NCBI GenBank assembly: GCA_041665265.1
Contig: JBAYJE010000004.1
Coordinates: 507-64,506, forward strand
Length of the DNA: 64,000 nucleotides
Direction: 5' to 3'
Source: Minisyncoccota bacterium
GTDB lineage: Bacteria > Patescibacteriota > Minisyncoccia > UBA6257 > GWB1-50-10
The notes beneath the pieces were generated by a model. It was not told the DNA's origin and searched no databases. It saw only the letters and a list, made by a program, of their open reading frames with translations. Within the stretch, counting starts at the first letter, position 1. Every line of letters begins with the position of its first letter. The position numbers and the translations under genes are program-made. Below, piece by piece: positions 57,336 to 64,000 of the stretch.

Positions 57336-57911
57336 ATGCCAAAAGAAAGAAAAGACTGGTTCGACTTTGCACGAACCCCCGTGGGAGCCGACTATACCGT
57401 TTCGGTTCAAGTAGAACTCTGGGATATTGAACATACACATGTGTGTTTTGTACTCGATCAGGGCGGAACAAAAACGCGTCGCGGTATCACTCACGAGAAA
57501 CCTCGCGGCTGGGGCAATCCCGGTGGTGCCGTTTCTGAAGGAGAAACACCACTTGAAGGAGCAATCCGAGAAGTGGAGCAGGAAACAAATCACATGCGAA
57601 AAACATTTCGCATCAATCCGATTCCTGTGGAGGTAATTCCGATTCATGGTGCAAAGGCAAAAGAAGGAAAAGAAAGATATAAGGTTGTCTTTGTAGGAAG
57701 AATTATTGATCCCCATGAATTATTAATGAGTGGACCAGTAAAAGACCCTGCCGGCGGAAGCGCGGGTGGTGTTATCTCCCGTCTTTGGATTGCATTTCAT
57801 GATCTTCCAGGAATGGAGGAGGTAATGAGTCCAGGATTTCTCTTGCACGGAGAGCCAATATATCGTTCTCATCTTGGAAATATCTATTCTCACCAAGGAG
57901 AGGAGATATAA
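57336..57911 (+). CDS. NUDIX hydrolase
   Basis: Nudix box GGAVSEGETPLEGAIREVEQETN (G-x5-E-x7-REUxEE). Confidence 0.7.
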   Translation: MPKERKDWFDFARTPVGADYTVSVQVELWDIEHTHVCFVLDQGGTKTRRGITHEKPRGWGNPGGAVSEGETPLEGAIREVEQETNHMRKTFRINPIPVEVIPIHGAKAKEGKERYKVVFVGRIIDPHELLMSGPVKDPAGGSAGGVISRLWIAFHDLPGMEEVMSPGFLLHGEPIYRSHLGNIYSHQGEEI

Positions 57912-57916
57912 AATAA

Positions 57917-57949
57917 TATTCCCCGCATCATGCGGGGAATTTTTATTCT
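57917..57949 (+). terminator. rho-independent terminator (bidirectional)
   Basis: ATTCCCCGCA-TCA-TGCGGGGAAT followed by TTTTATTCTT. Confidence 0.7.
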
Positions 57950-57954
57950 TCTCA

Positions 57955-58440
57955 TTAATCATCCACTGACTCCCCTCTCTCCGTACTTGTTCGAGGTAAA
58001 AGACTAAGTTTCCTAAGCACCACAAGAAGAAACACCATACTCAATGTTGCAACAGCCGCAAATGAAGTGAGACCAATCCCCGCGAGTACTCCGATTGCTG
58101 ATGCAAACCATACCGTTGCTGCAGTGGTAAGACCGCGTACATGCATCCCGTGTTTTACAATGATACCCGCACCTAAAAAACCGACACCCACAACCACATT
58201 TGCAATCACACTTAAAAATCCACTATTGCGTGCAATCACCTCTGAAAGATTTTCAGGAGAAGTGGTAATAAGATAAGGAAGACTAATGCTGATAATGGCA
58301 AAAATGGCTGACCCTGCGGCAACCATAATATTCGTGCGTATCCCCGCTTCTTTCCCTATCCACTCACGTTCGAATCCCACAATAGCTCCGAGAACTACTG
58401 CGACCACAAGTCTTATTATCATCTGCTCAAGAGTTAACAT
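57955..58440 (-). CDS. mgtC: MgtC/SapB-family membrane protein
   Basis: IIRLVVAVVLGAIVGFEREWIGKEAGIRTNIMVAAGSAIF is the MgtC-family signature. Confidence 0.7.
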   Translation of the reverse strand: MLTLEQMIIRLVVAVVLGAIVGFEREWIGKEAGIRTNIMVAAGSAIFAIISISLPYLITTSPENLSEVIARNSGFLSVIANVVVGVGFLGAGIIVKHGMHVRGLTTAATVWFASAIGVLAGIGLTSFAAVATLSMVFLLVVLRKLSLLPRTSTERGESVDD

Positions 58441-58444
58441 ATGA

Positions 58445-58939
58445 CTATTCTTCTTTTTTATTTTTTATTAGCTCGGCCGCCTTCGTAAGATATAAATCTA
58501 CAAAAGGGTCTATTTTTTTTGCTACCTCACTTCCATAATCATGAGTAATAAAATCGAGAAGTTCCTGCTTTAATCCGACACCTCGAGAATGTTCGAATTC
58601 ATCAGGAGTGCGTATTGCCTCTCCATACTCATAAAATGAACGAAGCTCATGACGGAGTGTATTTACCATCGCATCCGTCTGAGTGAAATCCAGATTGTAC
58701 TTCTCTTTCATAAGGGTATAGAGCTGTTCTCGTTGATTTTCATCACTTAATAGCTCATCAAATTTTTCTTCTAAAAACTTTTTCTCTCGTTCAACCTCTT
58801 CAAATAAAATTTCTTTCCCTTCGTCTACCACTTCTTTTTCAACATCGATAATATCGTTTGCATGAACCACGAGCTGCTCCATTGATGCTTCGTCTTGTGC
58901 GGTAGGTTTTTGAAATCGTTCAGAAAACATAGTGTGCAT
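58445..58939 (-). CDS. hypothetical acidic protein
   Basis: 164 aa, Glu/Asp-rich, helical; 4-nt gap to mgtC. Confidence 0.35.
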   Translation of the reverse strand: MHTMFSERFQKPTAQDEASMEQLVVHANDIIDVEKEVVDEGKEILFEEVEREKKFLEEKFDELLSDENQREQLYTLMKEKYNLDFTQTDAMVNTLRHELRSFYEYGEAIRTPDEFEHSRGVGLKQELLDFITHDYGSEVAKKIDPFVDLYLTKAAELIKNKKEE

Positions 58940-58962
58940 AGTATATCACTGCTCTTTTATTA

Positions 58963-59526
58963 TTAATATACAGGATGCTGTTCACAAACACCGAGAGTAT
59001 GATTACTAAGACGCGCGAGCGCAAAAAGCACGCTCGAAAGACGATTTAAAAATGCGAGAAGTTCAGGAGAACATTTTTTTGAGCGATTAAAAGAAATAAT
59101 TGCTCGCTCTGCATCGCGCGTACTCGCACGCGCGATGTCGAGTCGGGTTGCGAGTTCACATCCACCGGGAATAATGAATTTTGTAATAGATGGAAGTTTC
59201 TTATCGACATCCTTAATAATTTCTTCAAGGCGCTTAATATGTGTGTTATTTACCTTTTTGGTGTTTTTAACACAAAAGCCAATTGAGGCAATCTCAGCCT
59301 GTGCAATAAAAAGCATTTCTTGAAACTCATGAAGTGCGCCAGTAAAAACGTCTCTTTCTTTCTTCTTTCGTAGTTGTGTTGCTTCAACTACACACCACCC
59401 AAGTAAAGAATTTAAAGTATCAAGAGCACCCAACGCATAAAATAATACATTATCTTTTAAAAATTTCTTTTTTCCAAAACCACTCTTCCCCTTATCACCA
59501 TTTCCAGTAAAAAACATCGTCTTCAT
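58963..59526 (-). CDS. PduO-type ATP:cob(I)alamin adenosyltransferase
   Basis: N-terminal FTGNGDKGKSGFGKK....ALGALDTLNS matches the PduO-type pattern TGxGDxG(T/S)...G.(V/L)DELNS. Confidence 0.65.
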   Translation of the reverse strand: MKTMFFTGNGDKGKSGFGKKKFLKDNVLFYALGALDTLNSLLGWCVVEATQLRKKKERDVFTGALHEFQEMLFIAQAEIASIGFCVKNTKKVNNTHIKRLEEIIKDVDKKLPSITKFIIPGGCELATRLDIARASTRDAERAIISFNRSKKCSPELLAFLNRLSSVLFALARLSNHTLGVCEQHPVY

Positions 59527-59538
59527 AATGTTAGTGTA

Positions 59539-59575
59539 ACAAAAATCCCCGCATTTTTTGCGGGGATTTTTTCTT
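59539..59575 (-). terminator. rho-independent terminator (bidirectional)
   Basis: AAAAATCCCCGCA-TTTTT-TGCGGGGATTTTTT. Confidence 0.7.
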
Positions 59576-59855
59576 ACAATGCGTTCATATCCTGATCAAT
59601 GGTCTGAAATTCTTGTTCAAGATTTCCCATATCAATATTCTGCAATGAATCATTGATGGCCTGTGGCTTATCCTCTGCAGAAACTCCCGCGGGTAGTGTG
59701 GAGGTGGTTGAAGGTTCTCCGACATAAGCAGGAGGGCTCTCTCTTGGTCCTCGCTGTTGCAACCACGCAAGTACAGCAATTGCAAGCACGATAAGTATTG
59801 CAACAATGATAAGCGTATTTTTTTTCGAGTTAGTTGGCATAGTTGAAGTGTCCAT
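59574..59855 (-). CDS. small single-TM protein
   Basis: 93 aa; TM LIIVAILIVLAIAVLAWL then a Pro/Ser/Thr-containing tail. Confidence 0.3.
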   Translation of the reverse strand: MDTSTMPTNSKKNTLIIVAILIVLAIAVLAWLQQRGPRESPPAYVGEPSTTSTLPAGVSAEDKPQAINDSLQNIDMGNLEQEFQTIDQDMNAL

Positions 59856-59888
59856 AATGTAATAATAAATAATTAATTAATTCGCCCT

Positions 59889-61010
59889 TTACTGAGTGCT
59901 CGTTCCAGAAGGAACAATTGGAGAACTCGTAGGAGTTACATCCGTTTCGTTAATGCGAGGAATCTGTGCAAGGGTGGTCGCACTCACACGAATTGCATCG
60001 TGTGCCGCACGCACTCCATCTTGAACCGCCTTAAGATCCTTCTTTAAAGCATCACGCATATTTTGAACATCGACTCGTGGTGCGTTTGGGTCCTGAATGG
60101 TCACCGTATATGTTTTTGATGCCTGAGCTATCACTAATGCACGAGCGTCAGTGATTGCTTTTTGTGCGGTCGCAATTGCAGTACGAACTGACTCAATACC
60201 AAGACCATGTACTTCAGCCTTATCAGCTCGAGAAATAATATTTAATACCACGCTGTCCATCTGATCCAAATTTTTTGTGAACTGGTTCGTCATCCTTGTG
60301 TTCGTGTCACTTAAATTTGTATCAACGCGCTTTACTGCCTCTTTTTTGTTTGTGTCTTTAATTGCTTCTATCTGCTTCTTTGCTTCTTCGCGCTTTACCT
60401 CCATCTGCTTCTTTGCTTCTTCGCGCTTTGTTTCGAGTTCCTGTTTAAAACCTTCTCGCTTTATTTCAACGGTTGCTTTAAATTCTTCACGACGTTGTTG
60501 TAATTCCCGTATGGTTCCTGTGGCACTTTCCTTAATACTTGCACGGACAGTTCCCATTTCATTGCGGAAATCTTCCTGAGTCTTCTTTATCTCCGAACGA
60601 AAGGACTCTTGGGCTTTTTTCATCGCCTCCTGATTTCCCTCGCGAAGTTGTTTTACTTCCTGCTGTTTTATCTCACGAACCTGCTTCATCTCTTCCTGTC
60701 TCACTTCACGAGCTTGCTTTGTTTCTTCTTTTTCGTTTTCGCGCACCTGCTTCACTTCTTCTCGTTTATTCTCTTGTAACCGCTTCATCTCTTCATTTCG
60801 CTGCTCTTGTTCTTTGTTTATATTTCCTGGAAAAATATTTTTAATTGCTTCTGTATTCATGCCGCGAATTGGATTTACTCCTTCGCGAGTTCCTCCCAAA
60901 GGAAGTGTTGGAGGGGTCTGCCCCGGAAGAGTTACGGAAGCCTGCGCCATCACAAGACCTGGAACGACGAGAACTGCTGCACACACATATGTAATTATTT
61001 GTTTCTTCAT
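59889..61010 (-). CDS. secreted coiled-coil repeat protein (Glu/Lys/Gln-rich)
   Basis: Signal peptide ...VVPGLVMA|QAS; repeated EEMKQVRE / REEAKKQ heptad-like units; DNA has a 33-nt-period tandem duplication at 60371..60436. Confidence 0.5.
   Translation of the reverse strand: MKKQIITYVCAAVLVVPGLVMAQASVTLPGQTPPTLPLGGTREGVNPIRGMNTEAIKNIFPGNINKEQEQRNEEMKRLQENKREEVKQVRENEKEETKQAREVRQEEMKQVREIKQQEVKQLREGNQEAMKKAQESFRSEIKKTQEDFRNEMGTVRASIKESATGTIRELQQRREEFKATVEIKREGFKQELETKREEAKKQMEVKREEAKKQIEAIKDTNKKEAVKRVDTNLSDTNTRMTNQFTKNLDQMDSVVLNIISRADKAEVHGLGIESVRTAIATAQKAITDARALVIAQASKTYTVTIQDPNAPRVDVQNMRDALKKDLKAVQDGVRAAHDAIRVSATTLAQIPRINETDVTPTSSPIVPSGTSTQ
60371..60436. repeat. tandem duplication (27 of 33 nt identical) inside the coiled-coil gene
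   Basis: ATCTGCTTCTTTGCTTCTTCGCGCTTT occurs at 60371..60397 and 60404..60430. Confidence 0.6.
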
Positions 61011-61074
61011 TTTTATTATTTGGTTTTTTGAAGACCTTTTATACTTATAGTATACACCATATGAAAATGTCCTC

Positions 61075-61108
61075 GCAAAATAAAAATCCCCGTACTTTCA
61101 CGGGGATT
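61075..61108 (-). terminator. rho-independent terminator overlapping the last codons of the 61098..61541 gene
   Basis: AATCCCCGT-ACTTTC-ACGGGGATT; minus-strand read is followed by TTTTATTTT. Confidence 0.6.
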
Positions 61109-61541
61109 CATTTTTTTCCAATTTTCCATTGGTAGTTACCTCATATACACCGCCCTCAGAAGGAAATAATTCTCTTTCTCCTTCGGCGCGCATGCGTCGA
61201 ATGGTGAGAGTGAGCTCATTACACTCATCTTCAATCCAGCGACACACCTCTACTGATGGATTCACAGAATAAAAAAACGAGATAAGCTTGGGAAGTTGGC
61301 ATCTTGCATTGCGGAATGCAAAAATAATTTCTGTTTTTCTTGAGAAATCTCGAGAAAGATTTCTTTCAAAAAGCTCGAACATTTTTTCTGCATCTCTACA
61401 ACACTCCTGGGCTTCTCCCATAGCAATCGTCGCATATTCTTTCGCCTTCTTTTTTTCTTCTCGTACGAGTCGAATGTGAAAGAATAATCTTACACACAAA
61501 AGAAGTATTGCGGTAATAAAAAAATAGAGATAGTTAGGCAT
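61098..61541 (-). CDS. hypothetical membrane-anchored protein
   Basis: 147 aa, N-terminal TM, Cys pair CC in the soluble part. Confidence 0.35.
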   Translation of the reverse strand: MPNYLYFFITAILLLCVRLFFHIRLVREEKKKAKEYATIAMGEAQECCRDAEKMFELFERNLSRDFSRKTEIIFAFRNARCQLPKLISFFYSVNPSVEVCRWIEDECNELTLTIRRMRAEGERELFPSEGGVYEVTTNGKLEKNESP

Positions 61542-61666
61542 ATCGTGCCTCCCTCTTTGTTATAAATATATGCAAATGACTGAATATAGAGTAATACAAA
61601 TAACAATATTAGTCAATTTATATATTACCTTAAAAAATTGCCCAGAAGAGCAATTTCTTTTTTTGT

Positions 61667-61740
61667 GGGTGCCTATCGGGAATTGAACCCGAATCGAGAG
61701 TTCCACAAACTCCAGTGTTAACCTTTACACCATAGGCACC
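61667..61740 (-). tRNA. tRNA-His (anticodon GTG) with encoded G-1
   Basis: G-1 + acceptor GTGCCTA/TAGGCAC, C73 opposite G-1 (His hallmark), D-arm GTGT-AAAGGTTA-ACAC, anticodon stem GGAGT/ACTCT with loop TTGTGGA, T-arm TCGGG-TTCAATT-CCCGA. Confidence 0.8.
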
Positions 61741-61786
61741 ATGCGCACCATACTAACGGAAAAATATTAAGATGACAACCAAAATT

Positions 61787-62236
61787 CTACTTCCCTTCCT
61801 CTTCAAAAAGCTTCTGTATTTCTGTATCAGAGGTTCGTTTTGAGTCCTTTCGATCCTTACTCTTCATATAGCGCAGTCGTCGCTGATGAATGGCTTCTTG
61901 CATGGCAGGACGAGGCACTTCTGTCGGAATTCTTGGTGCCTTTACTGTAATCGCTTTTGCAATAAGATCGGTCATGTGCTGTGTCGCATTGTCCATATTC
62001 TCCTCCTGAGAACGCTCTTCCTCACACGATGCCTCAAGTTCGTCTTCGCTGTTTATATATTTCTGATATTTTGCGCGCAATCCTTTTTTTTGCTCGTCAG
62101 TAAGTATCAATTTTTCTACGGGTACCCAAATCTGCACTTTTGTAGAACGTCTGCTCGCATTCATACCGCCCGGACCGCTCGCACGCGACGTCTTCATTCG
62201 TACATCATCGTTGTGAAAAAATGGTGAGATATGCAT
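61787..62236 (-). CDS. class-I release-factor-family (ArfB/YaeJ-like) protein with GGM in place of GGQ
   Basis: SRASGPGGMNASRRSTKVQI aligns with ArfB RAQGAGGQHVNKTSTAIHL; basic C-terminal tail; DNA reads GGT ATG AAT. ORF extends to 62281, start uncertain. Confidence 0.5.
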   Translation of the reverse strand: MHISPFFHNDDVRMKTSRASGPGGMNASRRSTKVQIWVPVEKLILTDEQKKGLRAKYQKYINSEDELEASCEEERSQEENMDNATQHMTDLIAKAITVKAPRIPTEVPRPAMQEAIHQRRLRYMKSKDRKDSKRTSDTEIQKLFEEEGK

Positions 62237-62279
62237 AAGTGTTGGTATTTTACCTTCCCTCATAGTATAACAAGTAGGC

Positions 62280-62951
62280 ATGGATAATCTACTCGATAGT
62301 TTAGGTCAGCTCGTCATTCACTATCCCTCCTGGGCAAATGTCATTATCGCCGCCATCATTCTCATTCAAGGAGAATTTGCGGTTCTTCTTTCTGTATTTC
62401 TTATCGTAAGTGGCAACTTAACGTGGGGCGCATATCTTTTAACTGCTCCTACTGCACTTCTTGTAGGAGAAACATTTGCCTACTTTGTAGGACGCACACT
62501 TCGCAATACTCGCTTTGGGTGGAAATTATACCGCAATAAGATTAAACCGAATAAAAAATACCAGCCTTATTTTTATTACTTAAAAATGAATCTCACAAAA
62601 CTTCTTGTTGCTTCAAAATTTCTTGTGGGTGCAAACCTTTTTATTCTTCTTCTTGTGGGGTGGTCAAAAACAAAATTCGGCATCTTTATGAAGTCTTATA
62701 TAAAAGGGCTTGCGTTTTGGTTTATTAGTATGACCACGCTCGCCTACTTCCTTATGTCGGGATTAAATTATCTCAAAACTGCAAAACTCTTCAAACAAGC
62801 AGAATATGGACTCGTGCTCGTCTTCATTCTTATCTTTGGGTTCGAATTTCTTCTAAAGAAATCCATACAGAAAGGAATACCATTTAAAACAAAGGGTGAG
62901 GACATGAGCACATTCCTCGAAGACGAGGAAGAGGGTATTACAAAAAAATAA
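62280..62951 (+). CDS. DedA/VTT-family membrane protein
   Basis: GETFAYFVGRTLRNTRFG fits the DedA motif G(D/E)xxxYxxGRxxG; ~5 TM. Confidence 0.45.
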   Translation: MDNLLDSLGQLVIHYPSWANVIIAAIILIQGEFAVLLSVFLIVSGNLTWGAYLLTAPTALLVGETFAYFVGRTLRNTRFGWKLYRNKIKPNKKYQPYFYYLKMNLTKLLVASKFLVGANLFILLLVGWSKTKFGIFMKSYIKGLAFWFISMTTLAYFLMSGLNYLKTAKLFKQAEYGLVLVFILIFGFEFLLKKSIQKGIPFKTKGEDMSTFLEDEEEGITKK

Positions 62952-63015
62952 TTTTTTTCAAATTTTGTCGTTTAATTCTCTCCCGCAAAAAATCCAGCGT
63001 TATGCCCGATTTTTC

Positions 63016-63036
63016 TTTGTGCCGCGGGAGGGAATT
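63016..63036. repeat. 21-nt direct copy of the 3' end of the intron-containing tRNA
   Basis: TTTGTGCCGCGGGAGGGAATT is identical to 63222..63242; the ~185 nt in between is unusually GC-rich. Confidence 0.6.
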
Positions 63037-63195
63037 TCCTTCGCCTCTCGGCTCGCCGTCGCTCGCCTCGGGTTAGGCACCGCCTCGCGTCCTTCGCTAC
63101 TGCTCAGGAACATTGGCCCTCACAAGGGAGACGAAGCGTCTTCCGGCATTCAATTCCCGAACATCTCGCAATAAATTGCGAGATTCCCCTCGGCA

Positions 63196-63224
63196 AATAA
63201 AAATCCCCCTTCGGGGATTTTTTT
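63196..63224 (-). terminator. rho-independent terminator immediately 3' of the tRNA (bidirectional)
   Basis: AAATAAAAATCCCCC-TTCG-GGGGATTTTTTT. Confidence 0.7.
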
Positions 63225-63225
63225 G

Positions 63226-63515
63226 TGCCGCGGGAGGGAATTGAACCCCCGACGCCAGCCTCTTCCAAGGCTGAATTTGGACTATCTCATCATCCTGTTA
63301 TAGGATGTCGGGCGCTGTGTGCGGGGTTATTGTTGGGACTCACCCACTAGTCTCTACGCCTTCTCTGCAACCTAATGCCCTGCAGAGCTTGGTTCGGGAT
63401 TGTTTTCTGTTATATCAAGAAAGTTTTCCCCGAGTTCACCCGATTTTCATCGATTCGTTACCGAATCGCGCCCCAAAGAGTTTAGGGCTGCGCTCTACCA
63501 CTGAGCTACCGCGGC
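63226..63515 (-). tRNA. tRNA (anticodon GAA, Phe, if spliced after U33) interrupted by a group I intron
   Basis: 5' exon (63484..63515) GCCGCGG-TA-GCTCAGTGGTAGAGC-G-CAGCC-CU; 3' exon (63226..63265) GAAGA-GGCTG-GCGTC-GGGGGTTCAATTCCCTC-CCGCGGC-A; acceptor and anticodon stems pair perfectly. Confidence 0.6.
63266..63483 (-). ncRNA. group I intron (~218 nt) in the tRNA anticodon loop
   Basis: P1: exon CCCU pairs with intron GGGG (U.G at splice site) across loop AAACUCUUU. Conserved P7 halves GAGACUAG and GAUAGUCC; intron ends in G before the 3' exon. Confidence 0.55.
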
Positions 63516-63567
63516 AATGTTCGCTTTTCCAACAATTCAAGTATAATCATTTATATAGCATAGTCAA

Positions 63568-64000
63568 AATGAAATCAGAACCATTATTAAAAGTTGATAA
63601 TCTCGCAGTGACCATTGGCACCAACCACATTCTAAAAAATGTGTCATTTGAACTTCATAAAGAACAAGTGCTTGCGATTATCGGACCAAACGGCGCAGGG
63701 AAATCAATTCTCCTTAAAACATTACTTGGGCTCTTCCCTCTCTCTCATGGCTCCTTCACATGGGCACCAGGAGTTACTTACGGCTACCTCCCACAACGTT
63801 TTCATATCGACCATTACCTCCCTATGACCGTAGAAGAATTTCTAAGACTAAAACCAAATCCAAAATATTCATTAAGCGCCGTACTCGAGCTTGTTGAAAT
63901 AGAAAGAAGCTGGCTTCATAAAAATTTATCTCAATTTTCTAGTGGCCAACTCCAGAAAATTCTCCTTGCCTGGGCAATTATTGATCAGCCTCAGGTGCTT
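63568..64000 (+). CDS. ABC transporter ATP-binding protein (metal-uptake ZnuC-like), 3' partial at window end
   Basis: Manual ORF from ATG at 63568: MKSEPLLKVDNLAVTIG...; Walker A GPNGAGKS; signature-like FSSGQLQK. Confidence 0.7.

Noticed and set aside
62965-63174. 69-aa ORF in the GC-rich segment between the tRNA 3'-end duplicates
   Set aside because: Composition is unlike the surrounding genes and there is no motif; it probably reflects GC-rich non-coding DNA. A small RNA cannot be excluded.
1-64000. CRISPR arrays, integrases, transposases, restriction-modification or toxin-antitoxin pairs
   Set aside because: No direct-repeat/spacer periodicity and no Cas-, integrase-, HuH-, DDE- or methyltransferase-nuclease-like proteins were recognised. 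The att-like tRNA-end repeats have no accompanying integrase in the window.

Overview
This 64-kb window is gene-dense and fairly AT-rich, and most genes sit on the minus strand. The gene content suggests a small-genome, Gram-positive-like bacterium, probably CPR/Patescibacteria-like, but this is inference only. Supporting hints are a class II B12-dependent ribonucleotide reductase, a PilM-PilN fusion, tRNAs without encoded CCA and a tRNA containing a group I intron.

Layout, left to right:
1. 1-6.5 kb: small hypothetical and membrane proteins, a cupredoxin, rsgA, and a tRNA-Asn/tRNA-Lys pair surrounded by unusual hairpins and repeats.
2. 6.5-20.5 kb: a housekeeping block with nrdJ, ftsA-ftsZ, ybeY, a YqeY-domain protein, rpsU, a HIT protein, hisS, lepB, pth, a pilin-like gene plus a PilM/N fusion, trxB and a DsbA-like protein.
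3. 20.6-46.4 kb: a roughly 26-kb surface-glycan biosynthesis locus. It holds a priming sugar-phosphate transferase, a Wzx flippase, UDP-GlcNAc 2-epimerase, 4 GT4 and 3 GT2 glycosyltransferases plus one GT10-like enzyme, five methyltransferases, an O-acyltransferase, an HprK-like P-loop protein, a Gfo/Idh/MocA fusion, and a gmd/DegT/cupin GDP-sugar module. It ends with a Wzy_C (O-antigen-ligase family) membrane protein.
4. 46.5-49.9 kb: directly after the locus, a 1128-aa secreted Thr/Ser-rich protein with a peptidoglycan-binding domain. I read the locus plus this protein as a candidate protein O-glycosylation or S-layer glycan system.
5. 50-64 kb: clpB, htrA, a SIMPL protein, a cysteine desulfurase, a NUDIX hydrolase, mgtC, a PduO-type cobalamin adenosyltransferase, a secreted coiled-coil repeat protein, tRNA-His, an ArfB-like release-factor-family protein carrying GGM instead of GGQ, a DedA-like protein, a tRNA interrupted by a ~218-nt group I intron, and a partial ABC-ATPase gene.

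Several convincing rho-independent terminators are present. No CRISPR array, integrase or transposase was seen.
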